Shown piece by piece: positions 50,994 through 61,200 of a stretch of DNA of 64,000 nt. Location: assembly GCA_040285745.1 (NCBI GenBank), contig JAUFOR010000002.1, forward strand, positions 1,426,001 through 1,490,000, written 5' to 3'. How positions within the stretch are numbered: the first letter of the stretch is position 1; the number at the start of each line of letters is the position of its first letter. A program made the position numbers and the translations under genes. The DNA comes from Barthelona sp. PCE. Its lineage: Eukaryota. The notes beneath the pieces were generated by a model. That model saw nothing but the letters and a program-made list of their open reading frames with translations, had not been told where the DNA came from and did no database searches.

Positions 50994-53036
50994 ATGGAAG
51001 AATACAGCGAAGAAATCAAGGCTAAGTATCCAGAACTTGATTATCACAATTTTAAGTTAGAGTTTCGTAGAAAGGATTACTTTAACCGTGTTCTTGACCG
51101 TAGTGCAAAGGACCACGGCACAGACGACGTTGCATCTGAGCATGCCAATGCATTTGACTTTGTCAAAAAGGCTAAGGAAGTAGAAGTCAAGGGAGAGGAT
51201 CTGATTGATGCTGAATTCACTCAAGATCAGGCTAAGGTTGAGGAAGAGGCACTGCAGCGTAAGAGAAAGTCCTCTGAAATGAAGAATGAGGACTTTAACG
51301 ATCTCATTACAAAAACACAGGCAAGTAGAAGTGAGAACGGGTTTTCCGAAGCCATTCTTAGCAAGTATGAGGCAAAGGAGCGCTTCAACCGTCTTAAACA
51401 ACAGGTTGGAAGTCTTTCATTGATTATTATTCAGAAGCCGAAGGAAGTCAGCAATATCCAGTTACTCTTTGATGTACTTCTCAGATGTAAGACGGATGCC
51501 GAGCGTAGGCTGCTGCATCTGAGTCTTTGTTCGATCTTTACTGATATTCTACCTGTTTGGGCATTACGTGACGAGGACATGGATCTTGATCAACCGCGTT
51601 TGACGAAACTCATCAGAAAGGAAAGGGAATACAACATATACCTGCTCGATCTTTACTCTAGATATGTGAAAATCCTCACAAGCAGTGTATCAAAATCTTC
51701 AACTGCTTTAAAATGCCTTGGAGAACTTATTCTTGCACGACCAGAGTTCAACAAGAGAGATGACATCCTGGAGTGTCTGATCAGTGTCGTTAACAAGGGA
51801 TCAGATGAGAGCAAGAAGGCTGCTGTGCATTTCTTACGTGAGCTGATCAAGATAGATAGGAACGGTTTTGCAGTTTTGAGTCTTTTAAGGTTCTTGAACG
51901 ATAAATTTAAGAGGCGTTTGAAGACAGGCCGTGTTGCTAATGAATGGTGGAAGGTGCTCATATCGTTGAAATTGAACAGAAACACTGTTATTCAAGAGAC
52001 GCAGGAGCATTTCGATAAGAAGCAGAAGAAGGAGATCCATTTAAAGCGCAGGAGGCGCATGCAGGAACTCAAGAAGCTCGAAAGAGACTCTTTACAGGTT
52101 CAAGTTGATGTTAGTAATCATAACCGTAAGTTGCTTCACACAGAGATGCTTTCCATTCTTTTTAACATTATCTTTAGGGTATTTAAGAACTTTAACTTCA
52201 GTTGGGATATTACACCATTATTTTTCAAGACTGTTGAAACTTTTTTACCTCTTGTTAACTTGGAATTGGTTGAAAACTTGCTGGGTTTACTTTCTGATCT
52301 TGTCATCCAAGCGCCCTCACACCTCGCATGCCGTTTTGCAGCACTCCAACTGACGATTTTAACAGGTCCAATGGCAGCTTTCAACATTGATTTATACCCA
52401 ACATACAACCGCTTTTATGAATTGCTGCTCGAGTTACCTCTTGATGAGATCTCAGTGCTGGAGGTGCTTGAACTATTGAACTCCTTCCTCAAGAAGAAGG
52501 GAGTGATGACGACCAATAGAGTTATAGCTTTTGTGAAAAGACTGTGTCAGATCTCGTTGCATCTTGCTCCACACGAGATCCTTGCAGTTCTAGCCTTTGT
52601 CTATCAACTGTTTGTGCGATATCCAGAGGCTCAATCAATTCTTGATGATGAGGAAATCATGCCTGATCAATCTCTGCTCACAATTCCTCTCAAGGGTATT
52701 GCCAAGGTTAAGATTGATCTGAACAGCGTCACTCCAGAACACTGCAAGCTGGATGAACTCGATATTCTTACCAGGCATTGGCATGAGGGAGTTTCTAATT
52801 TCGCACGTGCTATAAAAGAAGGCGATGAATTGAGTAGACTTACAAGGCCGGAGTACTACTGGGAGGCGTATAAACCAGTTGGAAAGAATATTTTTAATCC
52901 ACAGAGTACATTCCCCAAGCTACATAAGAGAGTGAAGCCTGAAGTGGGTTCAGGAAGATCTTGTTTTGCTTTCCCTGAACTAGGAGACCTTCTTGGTGTT
53001 GGAATGGAAGAAGAAGAAGAACAAGAACAAGAGTAA
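50994..53036 (+). CDS. NOC3: Nucleolar complex protein 3 (CBF/Mak21 family)
   Basis: LSLCSIFTDILPVWALR, PEFNKRDDIL, LVNLELVENLL and RVIAFVKRLCQISLH. Confidence 0.85.
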   Translation: MEEYSEEIKAKYPELDYHNFKLEFRRKDYFNRVLDRSAKDHGTDDVASEHANAFDFVKKAKEVEVKGEDLIDAEFTQDQAKVEEEALQRKRKSSEMKNEDFNDLITKTQASRSENGFSEAILSKYEAKERFNRLKQQVGSLSLIIIQKPKEVSNIQLLFDVLLRCKTDAERRLLHLSLCSIFTDILPVWALRDEDMDLDQPRLTKLIRKEREYNIYLLDLYSRYVKILTSSVSKSSTALKCLGELILARPEFNKRDDILECLISVVNKGSDESKKAAVHFLRELIKIDRNGFAVLSLLRFLNDKFKRRLKTGRVANEWWKVLISLKLNRNTVIQETQEHFDKKQKKEIHLKRRRRMQELKKLERDSLQVQVDVSNHNRKLLHTEMLSILFNIIFRVFKNFNFSWDITPLFFKTVETFLPLVNLELVENLLGLLSDLVIQAPSHLACRFAALQLTILTGPMAAFNIDLYPTYNRFYELLLELPLDEISVLEVLELLNSFLKKKGVMTTNRVIAFVKRLCQISLHLAPHEILAVLAFVYQLFVRYPEAQSILDDEEIMPDQSLLTIPLKGIAKVKIDLNSVTPEHCKLDELDILTRHWHEGVSNFARAIKEGDELSRLTRPEYYWEAYKPVGKNIFNPQSTFPKLHKRVKPEVGSGRSCFAFPELGDLLGVGMEEEEEQEQE

Positions 53037-53306
53037 ATATCAAAAATGGTTGTTTGTCACATATTTTTTTGTTGCTTTGGGAATTATCGGTATATGGATT
53101 GTGGCATATGGGGTTGTACGGTGGTATATCCATATGGCACGGTTTGAAGCACAGTGAAATGTCTTAAATGCTGAAATCAGTGCAGGTTTCGACTTCTAGT
53201 ATATTTACACAAATTTCTTAAGATTGCACGGTTGTATAAGGTATATTTTATTCTATTGAACTGAATACTGTAAGCAAAAACCTGCTTTTACTTAATATAT
53301 CTTAAT

Positions 53307-54048
53307 ATGTCCGATTCTAGCAGCCGCGCCATCATCAAAAACGCAGATATGTCTGAGGACATGTATGTTTACCCACTTTTGCATTTTTTAGGCGTTTAAC
53401 GACTTTTAAATGCGAAAAAAGAAGTGTTTATGTTTTAGCTTACATTTAGGCAGCAGTATGTACATTATTTGCGCATGTTAGGGTATTACTGAGATATGTT
53501 GCGGTGCGATGGACTATGTACGAGCGTATTTTACAATTTGAATTGCTTAACTTAGCCATCTATCCTTTGTACTGATATGGTGATCTTTTACGTCAATGCT
53601 CCTCACATAATGGACAACGGGCAAGCGAAGATTGTTTTGGCAAAGAAAGTTTTTTTTTTTGTTGTGTCAGTATTGTTTCGTATCTCAAAAAATATCCCTA
53701 CATGTTCATCAAGATTCGAATATTGATGAAAACTAACACCTAGAGACGCCATTGACTGCGCTCAGTCCGCTCTCGAGAAGTTCAACATCGAGAAAGACAT
53801 TGCAAGCTACATTAAGAAGGAATTCGAGTATGCTTTTTGAATTGGCACCCCTAAATATGATCTTATGGTTGTATAATAAGTTTTTGGATGCCTGATTTTT
53901 TAGTTTATTAATATTTAGTCGCAAATACGGTTCTTCCTGGCACTGCATCGTGGGTAGAGCCTTCGGCAGTTATGTCACCCACGAGACCAAGCACTTTATC
54001 TACTTCTACAAGGGTCAGCTCGCTTTCTTGCTCTTCAGATCCGGTTAA
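53307..54048 (+). CDS. DYNLL1: Dynein light chain LC8; join(53307-53362, 53450-53455, 53744-53827, 53919-54048), 91 aa
   Basis: Spliced product [91 protein letters not shown] is colinear with canonical LC8. Absent from the ORF track. Confidence 0.96.
53363..53449 (+). other. LC8 intron 1 (87 nt, phase 2)
   Basis: GTATGT...GCTTACATTTAG; required to restore the conserved MQQD. Confidence 0.88.
53456..53743 (+). other. LC8 intron 2 (288 nt, phase 2)
   Basis: GTATGT...ACTAACACCTAG. Confidence 0.9.
53828..53918 (+). other. LC8 intron 3 (91 nt, phase 2)
   Basis: GTATGC...ATTAATATTTAG; restores KKEFD-RKY. Confidence 0.92.
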
Positions 54049-54166
54049 GTGAAATTATGTTGTAAACTCTGTTATTTTACCTCCTCCTTTATTATTAATG
54101 AAAACTACACATATTTATGTTATGTTGTTAATAGTAGAAAAGTGACTCAAAAATATTTAACACTAT

Positions 54167-55135
54167 TTAAAGCTTTTTTGCAAAAAAGTTGACAAATTCT
54201 GATTGCTCACCACGTATAATATCTTTATCTTTCATATACAATCCTAATAATTTTAACTCTTTTGAATATTTCTGCTCAGTAACAGAATCTATATCAATGT
54301 TATATGTCTCAAAGACTTTAAGAACTGAAAGAATCTCATCCATCCGGTTAAAAATATCACAATCTGTTAAGTCATAGATAAATTCCCAATCTTCACTTGA
54401 TTCATACCCGTACTGATATCTCATCCAAAATTCATATTGCTCATTATCCATCCATACCCGAAATATCATCGAATTCTCACTGAATATGTGTAAACACCCA
54501 AGCATAAAATATAAAACAAAATTGTAAAACTCACTTTCTATTGTCATTGGATCAAATGAATTGGATGACATGAACGCGGTGAATTGTTTATAAAATGAAC
54601 TACATGCTTCCATTGTATGAGCAAAGAAATCTAAAGAGTGGCAACCATTGTCATTGGCAAAGAACTCGTTTATCAAGAACCAACCCTCATCTCTACTCTC
54701 TTTAAGGATGCTCAGCAGCGTTTTGCTGTACAAAAAAAAGTTCTCTGAATGATATGCTGATGATTGCACATTGGTTAAAAAATGTGTAAAAAATTGGAAC
54801 TCATTGTTGATGCGCATATACAACATTTGCCTTAATAGTGTGCCCAAATGTTCGTGCTCACCATATCCCAAGTGCTTACAAAGCGAATAAATAATCTTAA
54901 CGGGTACTATTTGTGATATAACTATGGATTGGCAAGCAGATTTGGCCCTAGCCCTTTGCAGCACCTCCATCAGAATGTCTGTATCACTCAAATCACTCTT
55001 TTTCATCGGAAATTTGAAAGAAATGAGAAATGGTAGTGCAAACAGTTTTTCAGATCTGAGAAGATTTTTCATAATCAACAGACTAACGCTTGTGTTTGAA
55101 CCGTTTATTTGTACTGTAATGCGACTTTCCACCAT
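54167..55135 (-). CDS. Hypothetical helical protein (start uncertain)
   Basis: ORF of more than 300 codons in AT-rich sequence. No family recognised. Confidence 0.65.
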   Translation of the reverse strand: MVESRITVQINGSNTSVSLLIMKNLLRSEKLFALPFLISFKFPMKKSDLSDTDILMEVLQRARAKSACQSIVISQIVPVKIIYSLCKHLGYGEHEHLGTLLRQMLYMRINNEFQFFTHFLTNVQSSAYHSENFFLYSKTLLSILKESRDEGWFLINEFFANDNGCHSLDFFAHTMEACSSFYKQFTAFMSSNSFDPMTIESEFYNFVLYFMLGCLHIFSENSMIFRVWMDNEQYEFWMRYQYGYESSEDWEFIYDLTDCDIFNRMDEILSVLKVFETYNIDIDSVTEQKYSKELKLLGLYMKDKDIIRGEQSEFVNFFAKKL

Positions 55136-55248
55136 AGAAGGCTTTTTCTGCACAGGTTGGTTCTATTTAGAGAACATTTTAGAGCATTATCCGGTTTTTA
55201 ACTTTTTTCATCATTTATTTAGCTACTTGAATCTTAATAGCTTGGTGG

Positions 55249-58200
55249 ATGTTAAAGAAATTTACAAATCTTAAGATAGGTATATTTTTGTGCCTTTTGC
55301 TAGTTTCTCAAGCATCTGTGACAATTATAAAGGGCTTTGCAGACTCTGATCTCATCGACGGCTCCGATTCAAAGGGTAGAAGACTCCAATGCATTAATGG
55401 AGGCTCAATTTGTTTCCCTTGGGATCTTGCAGATATTGAGCAAACGAAGACCTACAGCAGTCTTAGATACGGAGAAGGTGCATCCAGCACCGCTAGTGCT
55501 TACATGAAACAGCACCCCCTGCTTCACCAGTATCCATTAACCAGCAACAGTGCAGGTACCGGAAACGGCCCTACTTTGACATGTAAGATGTATCCCACTT
55601 CTGAAAGTTATACCATCAAAACATACACTGTTACAATTGGATCAGGATCACTTGCTTGTGTGAATAGTTATGGTGTTTATTCGAGTTATTGTTCAGCAAG
55701 ATATTCGGTGGTGGTCACTGTCAATCCATCTACAAACTTAGATTATAGTATATCTATAACCGGTAGTTCTGTTTCAAGTACTTATTGCTATTTAAAAAGT
55801 TCTTTTAACATGAAATTTATTGATTATGAGACTAAATTGTTTACTCAAACTGCTGGATGTACCGATGGATGCACTGCAGTTGATGTGTCTGCCGATCCAA
55901 CATGTGCAAATGGAGGTGTACTTAAAACTAACCGTTATTGTGCATGTACATCAGGATTTGGAGGTCGTTCTTGTGAGGTAACGCTCACTGACGATGTCTA
56001 TTCCACTGCACCTTGGCTTGGTTATGAAACCACTTTCAAATCACTTTTTGAATTGGCTTCAACAACTTCTATCAAGGTTGCTGTTACAGTCAGTATTGAA
56101 TCGGGAATTTCTCCCAAACTTTTAAATCGATTCCCGGTCAAGGTTGATTTGTTCAAAGGCGGTGAGTTCGTCGAGACATTGGCTACTGATGCTTATGTTG
56201 GTGATATCCTCACAATTGACACTTCATCATTAGACGCTGACGCTGTTTACACGCTTCATTCATCATTTTATGATGGAAACCATACTTGGAATTTCAAACA
56301 CTCCAACTTCTACGGTTTCTATCTTTATACAACAGAACCAACCGCTACCAAGAAGAAGAGTTTGTATTCAACACTATTCCCAGTAATTAACAGTTTTGGT
56401 ACAGGTCAACAAGGTTATACTACATCTGTTTTCTATTCAACAATGGTTGCTCTCAGATCTTCCTATTCTTATTATTACAAGGTTTACTATTACCCATACT
56501 GTGACTTCTCTGTTTCCCCAACTCTAATTGATGTTGATTCAGGTACAGTTCGATTTTTCGAACCTGGAGACCAAGATTCAGAGTTTTACTCATGTTTCTA
56601 TCGTGAGATTGGTACATCAACTGGTTTAGCCAGTGTTACACCCGGCGGTAAACATTTATTTGAGAATATAGGTACTGTTAGTAGCATTGCTTATCGTAAA
56701 GATACTGTTGTTTTTTGTCCCCCTAATAGAGTATGTTCGACTGGCCAGTATGGTGCATTTATTGTGCAAAGACAAGGTCTTCCTGCAAAATTACATCATC
56801 TAATTGGAGGAGAGCATGGTGTTTATGCTGTTTTACATCGTAGAGATTCAGAATCAACAACTTCATCTTTTATCACAGCAACAACTTCGCATTTAATCAC
56901 TGAAAAAATGCATGGTCCTGCCAACACCCCTCCTTATAGAAATGACATTAGGAGAGATAATTTTGAATATGAAGGTGAAAAGATCGCAAAGGTTTTATCA
57001 TTGGAGGAACAGGGTGATTACTATCCGATGGGAATGTGCACAATCAATTCAATTGGTTCAGTTTACTCAGAAATCCCTTCTTACGGTAACACAATGGATT
57101 ATAAGTGTTATAATCCATCAGGGGCTGATTATGATTCGTCTTATGTTGACTTAAAACGTAAAGTGGTTGCTTCTCCTGGTGAACTTGTTTATTTGAGTGA
57201 ACAGGGAACTGTTTCTATCTCATCAGAATTGTACCCTCTGTACATGAAGGTATTGCCTGATTTGATCACGTTCACAACTGCAAAAGTATTCACATTTCCA
57301 TTAGAGCAGAACGTGTTTGGTTATATGTTTTACATTAAGATGCCAAATAAGCCAATTCGAGCTACAACAACATTGGCAGAAAATACATACGGATGGAATG
57401 TCGCGGTTGGTATGATTGAGAATCCTACCATGCTCCCGTGTCAAAGAAGTCTGTTCATTCAGGATTACACGTTTGATCCAGAGGTTACATACACTATCAC
57501 AATTTGTTATGGTCAAACAACAGCAGATATTCCAACTATTACTTTCCAGGATACCGTTGAGCTCTACCCTGCTGCTACTGCTACTGAGAAAACATTTGGC
57601 AGTTGGACTGTTACTACAACACAGCCTTTATCCACTCGTTTGTATTATGCTTTTGCTGACATAACTCCTCTTACACACGTGACACCTGCAGCGTACATTA
57701 CTGCTACAGGAACAGTCACATCAACATCAAACCCCAATTTTGGTTTCCTACATGCCACAAGAAAGGACGGAACAACATTCAAGACTCTTGACTGGGCAGC
57801 ATTCTGGCGCCAAGCGGATGATCAGGATCAACCGATGGTTGGTTACGATGATAAGAAGCTTGGACTGAATGTGATGTCGAATCTTGGATCGCCTGCGATT
57901 GGCGCCTTCAACGCTTCATTTGCTTCATTCACGTACTCTTCGGGACACAACCAAGGCTTTGATTTGGAGGAAAGTACTGATTTCTGCCGTACTGGTACTG
58001 GTAATTCTGCTGGTGTCGATCGTTGCACTTGTGGTGATGATTTCTATGGTGATAACTGTCAATACATGATCATTGATGGCGAAGCAACCAGCGACTGGAC
58101 ATACACTGTTGCTCGTGATACCCGCTATCTACCCAACGTTTTCAAGTTTACCCCTCAAGCGCTTGCTACAGTCAGGAACGTAAAGGCTCTCTATAACGTC

Positions 58201-61200
58201 TCAGTGCCCCTTTACATCAAGGTTAAGTTCCCTTATGTTACTGAAGATCGAGTGAATTTTGGTCACATCTCAGTTTCCACCTTTGAACCACGCACGTATT
58301 ACGATGGTGAGTTTAATCTTACCACCATTGAAGATTACATTGTTATCAAGAACACAACAGGTATGGGTGATGTTTATCAGATGGTTAATATTCCTCTTGA
58401 CACTGATGATGATGTCTATGTTCTCACACAGTTCGGTATGGTTGGCGCTGAGATCAGTGTCGGTTTCGAATGTGCCGCGAACTGCCATGGTATTGGTATA
58501 TGTGGTTACGATGGTTCATGTAGTGACTGTGCGCATGCTGATCGTTTTTGTAATGCAGATTTCTATCCCAGTGGTTGTCCCCCGGGTAAGTATATCAAGC
58601 AAGATGACGGTTCATGTGAGCCTGTTTGCGATGAACTTCCTGATAATGCCGACTGTGTTGCCCCTGATGTCTTCGTATGTAAGGGTGGCTACGAGTTGAA
58701 CGCTGATGAGACTTTATGTGTCGAGGCATGCACTCTAGACTGTGTCACAAACAGCAAGTGCGTTCGTCACAATGTCTCATATCAAGAATGCGTTCCCAAG
58801 GACGGATACAAGTGGGTTGATATCGCTGAACAGACCCTGGGCGTCGAGCCCATCTGTGCCAACGGATGCCCCAAGAACTCGCGTTGTAACGCCCCAGATA
58901 CATGTGCATGTATGCCTGACTACTCTTATGATCAGAGCAGCGGTGCGTGTGAGCCAAACGTGGACTTTGATTTCACTGTTTCAGCTCCATACTATGAGGT
59001 GTTTAACGGTAAGTCTAACTATTACCGAAGTGGTGATACTATTTCCGGTACAGTTGAGGTTAGTTTCAACAATAAGCCAGTTGCTTATTTCCAAGCGTCC
59101 ATTTTATACATGCAACTATCATGTAATGGAGGAAAGAACAACAAGATATTTACTACAGGTGTCTTTTCCAAGAATGGAAAGTACAACTATGGTTTTAAAC
59201 TTGATTCATTCGGTGTTTGCGAGCTGAATCTTATTCATAAGCAGAAATCTGTTGGAAAAGCAAAGATATTTGTTGGTTACAGCACAGATCAAACCCCAAA
59301 GGCTCGCCTTTCCAGATCTTATGGTACCACATCTTTCTCAGTGCACGGTTATATTTTCGATAACATCATTAAATCTCCTATCCGTACTGAGTACAGCTCA
59401 CTTAACTATGTAGATGGTGATTTTACGCTTGAAATAGATTGTGACTCTTATGTCACATCACCTTTTTCACTGAATACTGTTGTTAATTTCGTAGAATTAG
59501 GTCAGTACAATCATAACATGGAGGATTATTTCACTTGTGACGTTAAGTTGCAAAAGGATGGTGTGTACTATGTTGATGAAACGGTTAAAGCAAAGCTTAA
59601 CTATAGCATGGAGTTTTATGATCTGAACGGTAAGAAACCATTTGTTTTTGTTGAAGGTTATTCTCGTCGTCTGCGTTTGTTACCTCATAATAATGTTAAC
59701 GATATGAACATCGATGTTTCTTTCGATGGGGATATTGGAAGCAAATGTAATGTTGATCTGAGAACTACACATTGTGTACATGATAATATTGGATCGTTAA
59801 AAATGTGTTACAATCCTACTGATTGGGCATCAACAATCACAGACAAGATCGTTCGTGGAAACAACGCATCTCACTCTCACTGGGTTGATGTTGTTGTTTA
59901 CGGATGTACTGGTGTTGTTAGCCAGCCAAATACCGAGACTATTGGCAGTATTATTGTCGAGACTCGTCCTGACTCCATTGCAGAAGAGTGGGCTGCTGTT
60001 TCCAAGCATCCTTGTGTTTTGACAAATGCTTTTACGAAGATAGAAATGGTTGGTCGCAGCCATCTCAAGGTTGAAACAGCTTTCGATAACAGCGATAAAC
60101 GTCACTCACATACTCAGTACATTGTACCTTGGAACGTTGAAAAGAGTATTGACCCAGCTCGTCCTGAATGTGTTGAATCTCGTTTCGGTGATTTCTCGAA
60201 TGGTTATTTGTTTGTTGGCGACCAACTTCGTTCGAGAGATTTGGCCATCAATTATCCCTCAAATGCTGTCTTTAAGGATGGTAGATACTCATATAAGGCC
60301 GAAAGATATTCCAAGGCTGATGAGCAGGAGCAATTTTATTTGGAGGTTGCAGATTTTGATTTTACTGAGTTTGAGATTTCCGAATCTTCACTTTGTGGAG
60401 AAACACTCTTCCAGGGTAAGAACTGGACAACTGAACCTTATGTCAAGGTCGGTATGCTTTGTAATGATCCTTTCACCATTGAGCTTCGATCTGAGGGTGG
60501 TTCCACATTACAATCCGCTTCAGCAATGAGCGACATTGATTTTGCTTCATTGACACCAAATACTTATCAGCTCTACGTTTCTAGAACTGATATGTATGGT
60601 ACAACAAGGGAGAATACATGTAATTTCAAGGTACAGGATCAAAATTACTGTGCTCGTGTGATGTTTTCAAACACAGATGTTGTTAAAACCAATCGTCCAA
60701 GTCTTTTATATTACTTCAGTCACAGTCATATGTACAAGTTTTCACATCTCGATATCGAGCAGATCTCTGGTCCCCAGAACGTAACTTTTGAATTTGATGA
60801 GTATCGTAATGCTATTCGCAATAAGGGTCAGTTCATGCTACCTGGTACATACCGTTTCAGACATAATATTACGCTAACAAAGATGAGTGACAACTCCGAT
60901 TGCATGCGTGAGTTAAAGTCATTCTCGTTCAAGGTTGAGTATCCCGAGATCACTGTCAAACCCAAGAAGACTCATGTGACAACAAGTATGTCAGACCCCC
61001 TAACTGTCAACCACATTGTGTATGATAAATTGTACGGTACAAGTGATGGTTTCACATATTCATGGGCATGTCGTGCGTACAACGAAACACGCATGAGATA
61101 TGACAATGAATTGTGTGACACTATCATGCCCGGTATCAAGTCTCGCGCTTTGATATTACAGCCTGAACAGCTGGCTTTGCTTGAAGATAATACAAACATG

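Noticed and set aside
4946-54169. TAAA poly(A) signal overlapping stop codons (Trichomonas-like)
   Set aside because: About half of the TAA stops are followed by A, which cannot be separated from AT-rich background with this sample.
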